NCBI GenBank assembly: GCA_043228905.1
Contig: JBHGNT010000012.1
Span: forward strand, 13,020,001 to 13,084,000
DNA: 64,000 nt
DNA from: Azolla caroliniana
Taxonomy: Eukaryota; Plantae; Polypodiophyta
Direction: 5' to 3'
Shown here: piece after piece, positions 11,810 through 26,197 of the stretch
Layout of the letters: each line of letters opens with the position of its first letter
Numbering within the stretch: the stretch's first letter is position 1
Notes under the pieces: generated by a model
What the model saw: the letters and a program-made list of their open reading frames with translations, nothing else
The model's database searches: none
Told to the model about the DNA's origin: nothing
Made by a program: the position numbers and the translations under genes

Positions 11810-14212
11810 TGTTATGAGCATGATCATATACTATCCCGTGGTGAGAATTTACCGTAGTATTCTATACACGTGGATAAGTGTGAGGGTTAAACGAGAGTGT
11901 AAAGAAGGGGAGGATTACTTTTAAATCCTCGGGATTGAGACAACCCATTAGGCCAAGTGTGAACTTGCCTGGGGGCCTTAGGTATTGCTATAAATAAGAG
12001 GCCTAGCTACCCTTACGTCGAGACTCTGTCTTGTGGTGGGTCAACTCTTGTTGCGAGCGTGCCAGCACCATGTACAACTCGACGCCACGGCGATGGTATG
12101 GGACGCCGATCGAGGCTTGAATCCGTCTCGATCCTTTGGCTCGGGGGTGGTCGGGTTGATCGGCACCCTCCTTTCTCTCTCTCCTTTTTATCTATTCATC
12201 TATATTCTATCCTTATCTAATGCTTACATTAGTATATGTCTCTAATAGTTGGTATCCGAGCTCCTTTTCGAATGTTTCTTTTGTTGTCTTTTGTGTTCTT
12301 GATTGATGGCGATCGATCTACGTGCGGTCAGCCTTCATGCAAACAGGATGTTGTAGTGGTAATTAATTGGTTATATAAAACGTTTACATATGTGTATGAG
12401 CTCAATACCTCATTTGACGTATATTGAATATGTGATGAGTGTTGTATGCGCACAAGGTTAATACCTCAATTGCATATTACGTTCACAAACATATGTTACG
12501 TTTGTGTATGAGGTCAATACCTTGATTCGTTGTAAATGATATGCGTTTAGTTTCGTATGCATAAGAGGTCAATACCTGAATTGCGTATTACGATTAACCC
12601 TTATTTTTGGATGTCTCGTGTGCGTAGAGGTATATGCCTCGATTACGTCATTTTTGGCTATTAAATATAACAATTTCTTTAATATAGGCATATGTGGTCA
12701 CGTGTATACGTAGTTGATCATATATATGTGATAATTTACATATGTGTATATAAGTTATTACGTGATTTTAAATCGAATGTTTTCGTTTTCGGGGAAAGGA
12801 TCTTGGTGGCCGTCCTCACATTTTTGTGAGAATCGCGTTGTCACCATCTCTTTTTTCAACAATTTTTTATTGTTGAAATCCCCGTTGGTGACTTCGATAT
12901 TTCGTTATGTAAAGAAACGCCTATAGCTATAATGATGTTGAGTACATAGGGCTTGACCCACTTCATGTGAGGTCGCTCCTATGACACACATATCCAACAT
13001 CTCTCCCTCATTATATGGATACTATGCCACCATGAGATCATTCTTACAAGAGGCATTCGTAATGACGTGACCATGTGATGGGCCACGTGGGCCTGCTACA
13101 AAAAGAGGGCTCATTTGTCTTGACCATTAGGTTGCACTTTGGCGTATGCCATTGCAATGATGAGACTTGAGGTTAGGTAATATACCAACATAGTTGTAGT
13201 AAATTAGGGCGAAATAAGGACTCTTGACATATATGTTTCTTTTAAAAAAACATATATGGGCAAATGCCTTGCATATCTCTTATACACATGAAACATTAAA
13301 CATTCAAGAAGAGCAACCAACTTGGTTTGCTCAAGTGTTTAATGCATTTGTTCTCGAGGTCTAAGTGCACTTCGGGGTCCTTGTAATAGGACTTAAAGAG
13401 CCAAACCACATATGTGGGCACCGAAACATAGTTTATTGTTAACATTTTTTTCGTGTATAAACTATTCATGACGCGAACATACATGGTTGAGCCTCGGGGA
13501 GCCACCATGAAAAAAATCGATATAGAGATCAGGGAAAGACATTTATTTGTCACCACCATGGTTTTTAAAACATCTTTGTGTTACCATAGTAACCTAATCT
13601 TGAACCTCATCTCATACGTCTAGAGGGGTATTGACGCGAGATAAAGATATTGATTAATGTTCGCCCATGATAGGTTTACATCACGACATGATGTTATGAC
13701 TATCTCTTTGACCTTATCCTATTTCTTTTCCAGAAATAATCATTAAATGGCTCAAAATAATGACCCGATGTCATCCGCTCAAGCGGAAGGAACTCAAGGG
13801 AATCCTCTTGGACAAATGTCCATTAAGATGTATTTTTCGCAAATAACCCAATACCTTAGTTTCACCGCTCAACAAATGACCGAACTTCGGCAATCTCAAA
13901 GTGCGCTTCAGGCACGTGTCATTAGTTTACAACGTGAGACTGATAGACCTAATGAGCGACAGGGTGAACCATCGTTTGTCCTTAAGCCATTTACGGGAGA
14001 CAAAAAGGAAAGAACCGAAGAAGCAATCTGCACGTGGTTGTGCCGATGGGAGTCTCATTTTGAGCTCTATCCCACGCCAGATAGTAAGAAGATTGCATAT
14101 GTCGGCCAAGAACTAGGGGGTAAGGCCGCCGCCTGGTGGCGTGGGATCCGTACTTTGCGGAAATTGCCCGATACCCGGACAGATTTTGTCACAGTTTTTA
14201 AGGGCCAATTTC
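11810..14212 (+). mobile_element. Chromovirus family A, copy 2 (5' LTR 11810-12247, PBS, UTR, gag from 13747), cut by a Tcn1-like insertion
   Basis: PBS TGGTATCCGAGC 12250-12261; gag MAQNNDPMSSAQ... breaks after FKGQF at 14212. Confidence 0.9.
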
Positions 14213-14434
14213 TGTCAGAACCAAGGATAAAAGATAGAGTGATGGAAGAAGGATATTCGAGAACACGAGAAGAAAGGAACCAAATACTAAGAGAAGAATG
14301 GATGTATAAGATAGAGTAAGAAAGAGAATGGATACAAGATATGTAATGAGAGCTAAAGACTGGTGTTGATTCGAATTGATTTGAGAATACATGTATGCCG
14401 TTATTTATAGGTTCCTATAGAATAGCTTCAAGAT

Positions 14435-14498
14435 TTCTAGAATGTTCTAGAATGTTCTAGACCTAGAATGCTCTAGGACATTCTAGAACATTCTAGAA
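14435..14498. promoter_or_regulatory. Heat-shock element array in LTR U3
   Basis: TTCtaGAAtgTTCtaGAAtgTTCtaGA and TTCtaGAAcaTTCtaGAA, just upstream (minus strand) of TATAAATAA at 14401-14409. Confidence 0.75.
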
Positions 14499-14640
14499 TA
14501 ATCTATAGTTTTTACAATAATCAATGTAATACAAGAAGTAGCTTTTATTGTTTCATATAACAATAAGCTATCTTAATGGTTGAGGTTTTCAAGTATGGAT
14601 TACAAGGTTCGAGGTTGAAGTCCGGGTGACGCCATAATGG

Positions 14641-17600
14641 TCATGTGTTCATGACACTATCCCTCCTTCGAGAACGCCGAGTGGAAGTCGGCGTTAACAT
14701 TGTTGGGCCGGGCTTGTTTGGATAGTGATGATGGAAGTCGTTGACCAGAGCTTCAACATTACAAACGTTATCGATGGGTTCCCAAGTGCGATCACTCGGA
14801 GGATAGCCAAGCCAATCAACTAGATAATAAAGCTTATTGCGCACAACCTTAGAATCGAGAATAGCAGCTACCTCGTATTCAGGGCCGTCCACAAGTTGTA
14901 CAGAAGGCGGTGGTGGCACGACATGATTAGGAATTAAAGAGGTGCGGCAAGGTTCCAAAAGAGAGCTATGAAAGAGAGGGTGAAGCCACATATGTGCAGG
15001 AAGGTTAAGACGAAATGTTGCATCATTAATCTGCACCGTGATGACAAAAGGACCTAAGCGTTGATAGTCAAGCTTAGCACACGGTCGGATTTGAGAATAG
15101 CAGTTACCTCATATTCAGGGCCGTCCACAAGTTGTACAGAAGGCGGTGGTGGCACGACACGATTAAGAATTAAGGAGGTGCGGCAAGGTTCCAAAAGAGA
15201 GCTATGAAAGACAAGGTGAAGCCGCATATGTGCACGAAGGTTAAGACAAAATGTTGCATCATTAATCTGCACTGTGATGACAAAAGGACCTAAGCGTTGA
15301 TAGTCAAGCTTAGCACACGGTCGGGTAGTCTTGATGTGATGACGAAGCAACCATACACAGTCACCAACCTTAAACGGAGACTTAAGACGATGTCGATCGA
15401 CATTGGTCTTATGGTGTGCTTGCGCTTTCTGAAGATGTGACGATAACTCGAACTGGATTTGTTGTAGTTGGTGGAGGTGATGTGCCGCACTAGGGTTTCA
15501 TGACACCTCAGGAAGATCCAGTATACACCATCGAGGGTGGTTCCCGGTGTAGGCAAAGAAAGGTGTAACTTTGGTAGAAGAGTGGACCGTGTTGTTGTAT
15601 GCAAACTCGGCAAGATGTAAAATATTACTCCAATCATCTTGTTGATAACTAATGAAACATCGAAGATATTGCTCGAGCGTTTGATTTGTGCGCTCTGTTT
15701 GTCCGTCAGTTTGTGGATGATAAGCCGAAGAGAGTTTGCAAGAGATTTTGAGGCCTGCCCATAGGTGCTTCCAAAAGTGTGAGATAAATTGAGGGTCTCG
15801 ATCGCTAATAATATCATTCGGGAGACCATGATGACGAAACACTTCACGCATAATGAGATCTACAGTTTCTTCACTATTGATGGTCTTTACACATGGTACA
15901 AAATGTGCCATCTTGGTGAACCGATCCACTACTGTTAAAATAGTATCAAAGCCTTTGGAATGTGGCAGATCCGTAATGAAATCCATAGAAATAGACTGCC
16001 ATGGCTTGTTGGGAGGATCGATGCCGGGGTATTTTGGCGCGAGAGCAGGTGTCACAAGTGCGAACATAATCTTCGAGAAATTTTTGCAAGTGAGGCCACC
16101 AAAACGAACGTTTCACCAGCTCAATGGACTTGGAAATACCAAAATGTCCAGCCATGGGGGCATCATGACAATGTTCCAACACTTGAAGTCGGGGTGATCC
16201 GTCGGGGACATAAAGGAGATTCTTGTAGAAGAGTAAGCCATCTTGCCAGTTTAAGTCCTGATAATGTTGACATGACCCTGGCAATGTGGAGCAAGATGGA
16301 CGACTTCAACCACAGTGGGCTAAGACATCCTTAGCAAAATCATCCGAATGAAGTTGTTGCCGAATAGTGTCAAGAAGGGTAGAATCAAGTGGCGTGGCAT
16401 AAATTGTTGTTACCTGTAGCTTTGATGGCCCGAGGAGAGTTTGCTTTTGATTGTCAAAGGCCGGATCTCCAGGTCGAAGTGCTAGATACGAACGCCGAGA
16501 CAAAGCATCCGCTTTCCCTTGTTGTTTTCCGGGGTGAAAAATGATCTTGAAATCGAAACGCGTTAGAAATTGGGCCCACCGAGCTTGTCGTCTATTTAAT
16601 ACTCGAGCTGTTTGAAAATATGTGAGATTTTTGTGATCACTATAAATGATAATCTAATGAGGTGATCCTTCTAGAAAATGACGCCATTGCTTGAATGAGT
16701 CGACCACAACTAGTAACTCCTTGTCATGAACCTCATAGTTTATCTCCGAAACAATAAATTTTCCCGAGTGAAACGCGACTGGATGTGTCTGCCCGTCCTC
16801 GCCTGGTTGCGATAGGATACTCCCCAATGCAAAGTCTGATGCATCCGCCTCAATAGTAAATGGCTTTTTAGGATCAATATGTGCTAGGATGGGTGCTGAT
16901 GTGAATGCCTCTTTCAGTTGCATAAAAGCCTTGTCCGCTTCGATACTCCAAAAAAATGATTGATTTTTCTTGGTGAGTTGAGTAAGGGGCAACACAATGC
17001 TTGAATAATTATGTATGAATTTTCGATAGAAGTTCGCAAATCCGAGGAAACACTGGACATCCCGAACTGAGCATGGGGGTTTCCATTCCAATATTGTTTG
17101 GACTTTTGCCGGGTCCATGAAAACACCCTGGGATGAAATAGTGTATCCCAAAAACTCGACTTGTTTGCAATCAAAACTGCATTTCTCAAGTTTGGCATAA
17201 AGACCATACTTCCTTAGGCGTTCAAGTACTTGCCGCACATGTATATCATGCTCCCCCTATGTTTTAGAGTAAATCAATAGATCATCTAGGTAGATGATTA
17301 GAAAAATATCCAAGAAATCCCGGAAGATGTCATTTGCCATATGTTGGAATACTGCAGGTGCATTTGTGAGCCCGAAAGGCATGACTGTATACTCGAAATG
17401 ACCATACCGAGTACGAAATGTTGTTTTCCACTCATCTCTTGGCCGAATTCGAATAAGATTATATGCACCCCTTAGATCAATTTTGGTAAAATGCTTTGCC
17501 CCACCAATGCGTTCTAAGAGATTGGAGATTAAAGGTAAAGCATACCTATTCCTTATGGTGACTTTATTTAAGCCTCGATAGTCCACGACCAAACGAAGGG

Positions 17601-19667
17601 AGCCGTCCTTTTTCTTCACAAAAAAGATAGGAGCACCAGCTGGAGACTTTGAATGTCGAATAAACCCATGTGCAAGATTTTCCTCGATGTATTCTCAAAG
17701 AACCTCAAGCTCAGTGGGTGATAAATTGTAAATCGGACCCCACGGTGGCTCTTTTCTTGGTTGGAGATCAATAGGATAGTCGTACGGCCGATGCTTTGGA
17801 AGAACACTAGCTTTGACTTTGTCGAAAACATCAGCATAGTCTTGATCTTTTTTGGGAATTTGGATGTCTGAATTCCCTTGAGTGACACTAGAAGGTGTCA
17901 CTGATACTGCAAATAAGAAAAGGTCTTGCTTGCCTCCCACTTGGCGCAATTGTTGCAATGTGATGGCTGAAATTTGATGAGACGGATATGGTGCATCGGT
18001 AGAATTATATACTTTAGGAGGATAATCCCGAGTTCGATCCCTGACAATGATATTTTCTGCTAAAGGGCACCTAATTTCTCGCTTCCTCCAATCGATTCTA
18101 GGGTTGTGTAGCTCGAACCATGGCAAACCGAGGACAATTGGATGCTCAGGACTACAGATTATGTTAAAGGAAACTAAACATCCTAAATCACGCAAGAGTA
18201 TGTGTATTGGCCCAGACTCTTCAAATATCTTCCCGGAAGTTATGGGTCGTCCATCAATCATTACTACGGAAACTGGAGAAAGAAGTGTATCCAAGGATAT
18301 TTGGTGTTTTTGGGCAAAATCTCTATCCATGAAACAAGAATTGGCTCTAGTATCTAAGAGGGCTTGGACTTGAAGTTGACAACTGGTTGTCCTAACTTGT
18401 ACTAGGGCTGAGAAGACTCTACTAACATTGTTGGAAGAAATGGAACCCACACTAGGTTGTACATATCTAGGGTTGTCCAACCAAATGGCTCCTATTTTGG
18501 CCGTACTTATTCGTTTGACTCCTCTTCTAATTGGATTAGGACTTCAAATTTATTGGACAAGGGTGGATTATTCATAATATTAGATTCACTAACTGCTTCT
18601 AAAATGTTGGACTCATTTTTATTGTCATAGTGAATTTGATTTACCTGACGTCTCGGCCTACGGGAGCAATGAATGGCTATATGTCCTGGACCTCCGCAAT
18701 ATAAGCATAGATGGTTTGCTCGACGACATTGCTTCTCTTCGTCTGACAACGGTCCTCGTCTTTGAGTCATATCAATCTCCATGGGTGCAGGACTATCCAT
18801 TGGGACTAGACTACATGTTTGCCTTGGACTTGGAGTAGGGCTATACATTTGCCTTGGGGATGATTGCGTCGTTACTAATGCATAAGTTGGTGTGAATCTT
18901 GATCTTGTTATTTGTTGTTTTCGCTCACATCGACGCTCAAAAAGGTGATTATCACACCGTATTGCTCGACTAATAGCTTCTGTAAGTGACCTTGGATCCT
19001 CGAGGAAGGTATGAAGTAAGTCTTTGACATCACTACGAAGGCCTGAACGGAATTGCTCCATTAGGACTTGTTCATCCCAAGGAATATCGCTTGCGATGAG
19101 ACGGAAATTGGCAGCATATGTCGAAGCTGGTTGATCACCTTGACAAAGTGTAAGAATCTTGTTGATAGTTGTTCTCGCCCCATCAGTATCTCCGAAACAA
19201 GCCTTAAATTCCTTGATAAATTCCTCGAAATTATTCAGTAGAGGAGAATTGGTCTCTAGCAATGGAGCAAACCACGACAACACTATGCCAGTCAATAAGG
19301 TGCCCACTAGCCCGACTCATGATGCATCTGTTGGATAACGTGCGGGATGCATTTGAATCACCAACCGTACTTGATTCAAAAAACCTCGGAAATGCGCCCT
19401 CGACCCATTAAATTTAGCTGGGAGGCTAATTTTGGGCTCCTTGATAAGTCCCTGACCTTCAACCCTTTGTTGTTGAAACACTACGATTGTCGACTCTAAC
19501 TATTGCACTCGTTGCGTGAACTCCTCTTGTTGTTGTTGCTTCTCTATAGTAACCTTTTGTAGATCCCCAAGTGGACGTTGATTCTCTACTTCAAGAGATG
19601 CGAACTTGGATTTAAGGTTCTCCATTTCTGCAACAAGGGTGAGATATTCCTCTGATTTAATGGCAGC
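14641..19667 (-). pseudogene. Gag-pol with chromodomain, disrupted, with a ~236-bp tandem duplication at ~14853-15325
   Basis: Collinear ORF fragments; the GPF...GPEYEV segment occurs twice. Confidence 0.88.
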
Positions 19668-20119
19668 TATTAGAGATCTAGGTACTAAAGAAAGCTTAAG
19701 ATAAGGATAAAGTAATGATAGATAGAAAGGAGAAAGAGAAAGAAGGGTGCCGATCCACCCAACCACCCCCGAGCGAGGGGATCAAGTCGGACTCGAGCCT
19801 CGATCGGCGTCCCATACCACTGCCGTGGCGTCGAGTCGTACCTGGTGCTGGCGCGCTCGCTACAAGAGTTGACCCACCACAAGAGCAGAGTCTCGATGTA
19901 GTCAAAAAGATGCTCAAATGAGGGTAGCTAGGCCTCTTATTTATAGCGATACCCAAGGCCCCCAGGCAAGTTCACACTTGACCTAATGGGTTGTCACAAT
20001 CCCGAGGATTAAAAGTAATCCTCCCCTTCTTTACACTCTCGTTTAGCCCTCACACTTATCCATGTGTATAGAACACTACAGTAAATTCTCACCATGGGAT
20101 ATTAAATGGTCATGCCCGT

Positions 20120-20786
20120 TGACGGGAACTCAATGCTCCTTATACACAACGCTCGGCCACAACCGAGCTTAGAATCATACACCGAAAACGGGAAATAATG
20201 AACGACACGAAGAAGAGACGAGTACGCAGGATGTTTACGTGGAAAACCCAAACTAAGGGAAAAACCACGGCAGCCCACAGGCTGCAAACTATCACTATGT
20301 TAGAATGTACAACAGTGAGTTCACGGAGGCAATGACCTCGTGCTCACTATCCTCGCCACAGGCGGCGGTTACAACAGAGGCAACGACCTCTTTCTCTCTC
20401 TCTCTCTCTCTCTGTACACAGTCACACACTCTCTCTCTCCTTGCACCAACAAGAAAATGACAACAACAACTACTAAAGGTTTGCCCTAAGTCATATTTAA
20501 ACTACTATGACTTTTCGGCTATTTACAAATATAGCCTCGATGGACTCTCAGAAACATATTTACGAATATGTCTCTTCATCCGGTGAGCATTCCTCACCAG
20601 GTCTGCACCATCCAGCTCTCCGTAGCCGAGTACTCCTCATCTGGTTCTCACCGGGTGTGCACCATCCGGCTCTCCGTAGCCGGGTACTCCTCATCCGGTT
20701 TCGGCCTCGGCCCATCGGCCTCGGCCAAGTTTGTTCATGAGCACTGTTCTTCTCCCTTACCATCCGGAAGGACCTGTCTCCCAACA
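20120..20786 (-). mobile_element. Copia solo LTR
   Basis: Same family as LTRs 44876-45519 and 49132-49763; 5-bp TSD CCCGT (20115-20119, 20787-20791). Confidence 0.93.
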
Positions 20787-21365
20787 CCCGTAACATACTC
20801 CCCCTCTTTAAAACATTGCACTCTTGCAATGGAAAGTTAGGGAAGTTAGTTCTAAGAATATTTTCGCGTTCCCATGTGGCATCTTTTATTGATTTATCCA
20901 TCCATTTTATTTTAAATTCTCGGATTTCTTTAGTACGTAATTTTTTTGTTTTAACATCCAGAATTCTTTTTGGTACATGTGGTTTAGAAGATAATTCTTC
21001 AGAAGTAACCACAGTTTCAGTTGTAACCGTATTGTCTCCAAAACCTAGAAGTTCTTTTAGACGACTCACATGAAAGACTGGATTAATTCTGACACCATCG
21101 GGAAGAGCGAGACGATAGGGTGATGACCCAATGCGTTTGACGACTGTAAAAGGTCCACAAAACCGTGGGGCTAACTTAGCACACTTACCCGCAGACAATG
21201 TCTTAGAATTGTGAGGTACACGTAAAAATACCTTCTGTTAAGGGTTGAATACACGAGGTTGCCTATGATGATCGGCATAAAATCGCGCTCTATCTTGAGC
21301 GGTTTTTATATTATCTCGTGCAATATGAAACATATCTTGCATATCCCAAAGAACGTTTTGCGTAC

Positions 21366-21747
21366 TGTTGGTAGACAGGTCCCTCCGGATGGGAAGGGAG
21401 AAGAACAGTGCCGACGAACAAACTCGGCCGAGGCCGGTCGGCCTCGGCCGAAACGGTATGAACCGAATAGGGAGAACCCGACTTCGGAGAGTCGGATGGT
21501 GTAGGCCCGGTATGAACCGGATGAGGAGAACCCGACTTCGGAGAGTCGGATGGTGTAGGCCCGGTATGAACCGGATGAGGAGTACCCGACTGCGGAGAGT
21601 CGGATGGAGCCCATCGAGGCTACATTTGTAAATAGCCAAAAAGTCATATTAGTATAAATATGACTTAGGGCAAACTTTTAGTTGTTGTTGTCATTCTTGT
21701 TGCTATTCTTTCTTGTTTGTGCAAGTAGAAATCAGAGCGCGCAACTG

Positions 21748-21780
<33 letters not shown>

Positions 21781-22058
21781 GAGTTCGTTGCCTCTGTTGT
21801 AACCGCCGCCTGTGGCGAAGATCTGAGAGCACGAGGTCGTTGCCTCGGTGATCTCACTGTTGTATATTTCTGCATAGTGACAGTTTGCAGCTTGTGGGCT
21901 GCCGTGGTTTTTCCCCTAGTTTGGGGTTTTCCACGTATACCTCCTGTGTACCATTTCTCCTCTTTTGTGTCGCGTTTTCATTACCTGTTTTTTCTGTGTA
22001 TGTAAATAATCTCGGTTGTGGCCGAGCGTCGGACATAAGGAACGTCGAGTTGTCAACA
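21366..22058 (+). mobile_element. Copia solo LTR (related subfamily) with three 54-bp tandem repeats
   Basis: TGTTG...CAACA; TSD CGTAC (21361-21365, 22059-22063); repeat units start at 21455, 21509 and 21563. Confidence 0.93.
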
Positions 22059-24949
22059 CGTACTTCGCAACTCATCATGATGTATATTAACATCAATCGG
22101 GGCTCGTGGCTGAAAACCATACATCAACATAAAAGGACTATATCCCGTCGACGTATGCTTGGAGCTGTTATAAGCAAACTCAAAAATTGGGAGATAACGT
22201 TCCCATTTTGTTGGTTTTGCACCAAAATATGATCGAAGCATGTCCTCAATAATTTGATTTACTCGTTCTGTCTGTCCATCGGATTGAGGATGATCCGTGG
22301 AGCTCATGCTCAACGTAGTTTCTAAATTCTTAAAGACATGCGTCCAGAAGTCACTAGTAAACTTTGGATCTCGATCACTCACGATATCCATCGGTAACCC
22401 ATAAAAACGAAATAATTCGTGACTGAATTGGTAAGCCAATTCAAGAGCTGTTACCGTGGTTTTAGTAGCAATAAATATCGCCATTTTAGCTAGTCCATCA
22501 ACGACAACCCAGATGGCATCATGACCTTTTTGGGTGCGAGAAAGGCTAACAATAAAATCCATGGATATACTTTCCCACTTATTATTGGGAATGTCCAAGG
22601 GATGTAAAAGTCCTGCGGTTTTAGGTCGCTCGGCTTTGTTAACCTGACACTGGTGACATTTAGTCACATAGTTATGTATGTCAGGACGCATCTTAGGCCA
22701 ATAAAATTGAGTGGAGATAAGAATGAGTTTACGATGTATTCCACGGTGCCCTACTGAGGGTGCATCATGGCATTAAAAAAGAATCCTCTTTTTGACCTCG
22801 GGTAAATCTGGAACACAAACCTTCCCATTACCGTAGAGCAAACCGTTAGCAATGTAGAAGTATTCCTTCGAGCATGTGATGGTGTCTGTTCCAAACTCAA
22901 CTCTTGCCCAATATTTTGCAAAATAACTGTCATCAGGATACTTTCCTCGAAGGTGATCATAAAGATCTGATGTTATTTCAGTGAAGCTAAGCATGTTAAC
23001 TTCACGGATGCGACTTAGTGCATCAGCGACAGTGTTCATGGAACCTTTACGATATCGTATGGAAAAATCAAAGTCCTCAATGAGATCAGCCCATCGTGCC
23101 TTACGAACTTTCAGGTCTTGTTGGTCACAAAAATATTTCAAAGAATCGTGGTCCGTAGTTACCACAAAGCGATTTCCATAAAGATAATGGCGCCATGTTT
23201 TGAGTGCATGTATAACTGCAAATAATTCCTTTTCTTGAACAGTATACCGACATTGAGCAGAATCAAGTTTCTTACTCTCAAATGCTATTGGTTTACCATT
23301 TTGATACAAGACAACACTTATAGCATAATCGCTTGCATCGGTTTCAATCTCAAAAGGTTTTGAAGGATCAGGTAAAATAAGTGAAGGAGCCTTGCAAACC
23401 AAGTCCTTGAGTTCCTTAAAGGCGAGGTCTAGTGTAGCATTCCACACAATTGGTTTTGTAGACTTCGCGTTTGACCTTTTAAAAGATCAATAAACAGCGT
23501 TGTCAATTGGGAGTAATTACGAAGAGACTTTCGCAAAAATCCGACAAAACCAAGGAATGATCGAACTTCTCGAATATTCCGAAGAGTGGGCCAAAGTTTG
23601 ATTTTCTCAATGCGAGTATGATCAATTTCAACTCCTCATTCGGTTATGAGATGTCCTAGATAATTAATTGATTTCTTGAAGAACTCAAATTTTGAGATCT
23701 TTGCATAAACTGTGTGTCACGCAATGTTTTTAAAACAACGCGGACATGTCTAGCATGTTCTTGTAATGTACGGCTATAAACTAAAATGTCATCCAAGAAA
23801 ATAACAACAAATTTTCCAAGTTGTTCTCGGAAAAAGTCATTCATTTCTTTTTGAAATTTAGCCGGAGCATTGGTCAAACCAAAAGGCATAACCAAAAACT
23901 CATAATGGCCATAGCGCGTACGAAATGTCGTTTTAGGAACATCGTCCTCACTTATTCATATTTGATGGTACCCAGTACGGAGATCAAGTTTCGTAAAATA
24001 CCGAGCTCCCTGGAGACGATCAATTAGATCGTCAGCCCGGGGCAATGGGAATGAATTCTTGATCGTCACTTTATTCAAGAGTCGGTAATTAATACACATA
24101 CGTCATGTGCCCTCTTTCTTTTTAACCAAGTGAACTGGTGCACCCCATGGAGATTTACTATAACGTATATAACCCATTCGTAAATAGTCCTTCAGTTGCT
24201 TAGATACCTCATCTTCTTCGGATCGACTTAAGCGATACGGAGGTATACTTATTGGTGCAACACCAGGTACAATATCTATACGATAGTCTATATTACGTTT
24301 AGGAGGTAACCCATCAAGTAGTTCACTTGGAAAAACATCATGAAAATCATTTAAGATTTCATCAAGTTGTTGTTCCAAATATGTTAATTGAACCGGGACA
24401 TTATCGATATTGTAAATGTGAATGTCCGGATCAAGTACACAATAAAATAACGTAGAACAAGACAACTCGGATATTGATGGACACGAGGAAACAATCGAGA
24501 GGGATTGTTTTTTTACACATTGAATAAAATGCGTACAATCGTTCAGTACAAAAGAAATGGAATGGTGAACCCAATCAATAAATAAAGAAGAGTTTTTATT
24601 ATAAAACCAGGGATAACCCAGTTACACCGGGTCATTTGAAACAGGTAATATGTCGCATTATGAGAACACTACGTCGAAAAAGGGCACAAAAGCACGCAGT
24701 TTTCAAAAAGACACGACGCATGCGTAAAGCTTTTCAGAAAAGGTGGCAAAATATATCGAATTTCAACATGACTACCACTTTGAGTCATAAGTAAAATGCC
24801 TCCAAAAATACATCACCAAAATTACAAAATAATGTACAACATGTCTACCAGTTACAATTATACATATTCGTGAGTTTACATCCAAAACAAATTTACAATG
24901 TTTCCGATCATGTAGTAAAACAATCCCCAGCTTGAACCAAACCAATATA

Positions 24950-26192
24950 TTAAGACATGTCTGATGGACTAGAAGAGCATTCTGACGTCTCATCTTCATC
25001 ATCAGTGGCAATCAAAGCATTATCCTCATCCAATTCCAACCCAACATCTTTGTGGTTATGAGAATTGCTTCTAGTTATTCTCTGTATTTCGTTTGACACC
25101 ATGTTTGGGATTTTCTCCTTTATTATCTTGATAGTTTCTTGTCTTAGATGACCTGATTTTGTCAATGAGAAGTCATATACTAGTATGTCAACACGGTCTA
25201 GTGCGAGAGTAGTCGTGCTCGGTATATTCTTTCTTCTTCTCTTTCTGCTTGAATATCCGACATCCTTAACCATCTCTAAAGAATACTTTCCTATAAATGC
25301 ATCAGTTGAATTTGTCTGATACCAATGGACTACTATTGACTTTGTCTGACTACTTTCTTCATCCCTTACTAGTTCAATAATTTTTGCAATCCAAAATGGA
25401 TGGCCCAAGGTATCGTCCCCTGCTAATGTTGCAACCAACATTCCCACTTGTAGTTCTTGCAAATTACCTTGCCATCTTGCCTCAACAGTACGTGACTTTC
25501 TTGGTCCCACATAAATATCTCTTTGCAGTGGCCGAACTAAATCATGAAGCTCCATATTATTCGATTGTTGGTGATGAGTCTGCGATATCGTTGATGTCAT
25601 CCCAATGTTCCATGTGAATGGGATACGGATTGGCCATAAACCGGCGATGTAATTATCTAAACTGGTGCGTTGATGGGTGAAGAAAATCTCCCACCATTCA
25701 ACATCCTCATCACCGGCATACTTCTTAGTCCGATCAATATTATTTTGTTTCTCTGCTAGACATCTCAACCAATATGCCCTTTGTTCATCAATAGTACTAT
25801 TTGGTGCTACATTTTTACGATCATCATATGGCATTTGTTGTGCACCATGTAGAGGTTCATCTGGGATATGAAGAAGGAGCCTACAACCTTCTTGGGGCTC
25901 CCATTGTGCACTAGATGAGTATTGTTTTGCAAACAACACCGCCATCTTCAGGTGGGCCGATCTTTGTTTTATGAGGAAGACATGGTTGAAACTTATATTA
26001 TGAAGAGGTGCAAGCACCCTACCTTTAGTCCCGTCACTATCCATGCAGAAACGTTTAAAGTCGTATACTTCTTCCAAGTGTTGTACTTCAGGCTTTGGTG
26101 TATATGCTTCACTAATCAATTTGGATAGCATGGGAAGTGTGAAAGCATTACAGCGAGCAAGTTTCTTTGAGAACCTACTAAACATTTGATCT
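24950..26192 (-). pseudogene. Sola1-like transposase, 3' half
   Basis: Continues the 5' half in frame once element E and one TSD are removed: GHTHDH|IDQMFSRFSKKL. Confidence 0.85.
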
Positions 26193-26197
26193 ATGTG

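Larger units (their letters stand above)
14213..19667 (-). mobile_element. Tcn1/Tf1-like chromodomain gypsy, 5'-truncated
   Basis: 3' LTR 14213-14656 TGTCA...TGACA; PPT 14657-14669; gag EPKISLPAKF; protease ALLDT; RT YLDD; RNase H EADASD; integrase; chromodomain YEVAAILD...YLVDWLGY...TWEP. Confidence 0.92.
19668..24630 (-). mobile_element. Chromovirus family A, copy 3 (3' LTR, chromodomain, integrase, RNase H, RT), containing two solo LTRs
   Basis: 3' LTR 19668-20795; PPT ~20796-20808; FKIKW...ATWE chromodomain; WESISMDF; ETDASD; FLDD. Homology ends at ~24630. Confidence 0.9.

Noticed and set aside
21455-21606. CRISPR-like array (also 770-900 and 37507-37625)
   Set aside because: The units are tandem with no unique spacers, lie in LTR or TE DNA, and no cas genes are present.
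24600-24700. Terminal inverted repeat and TSD of the DNA transposon
   Set aside because: No matching inverted sequence was found; the right end is lost at the LINE, so the boundary stays approximate.
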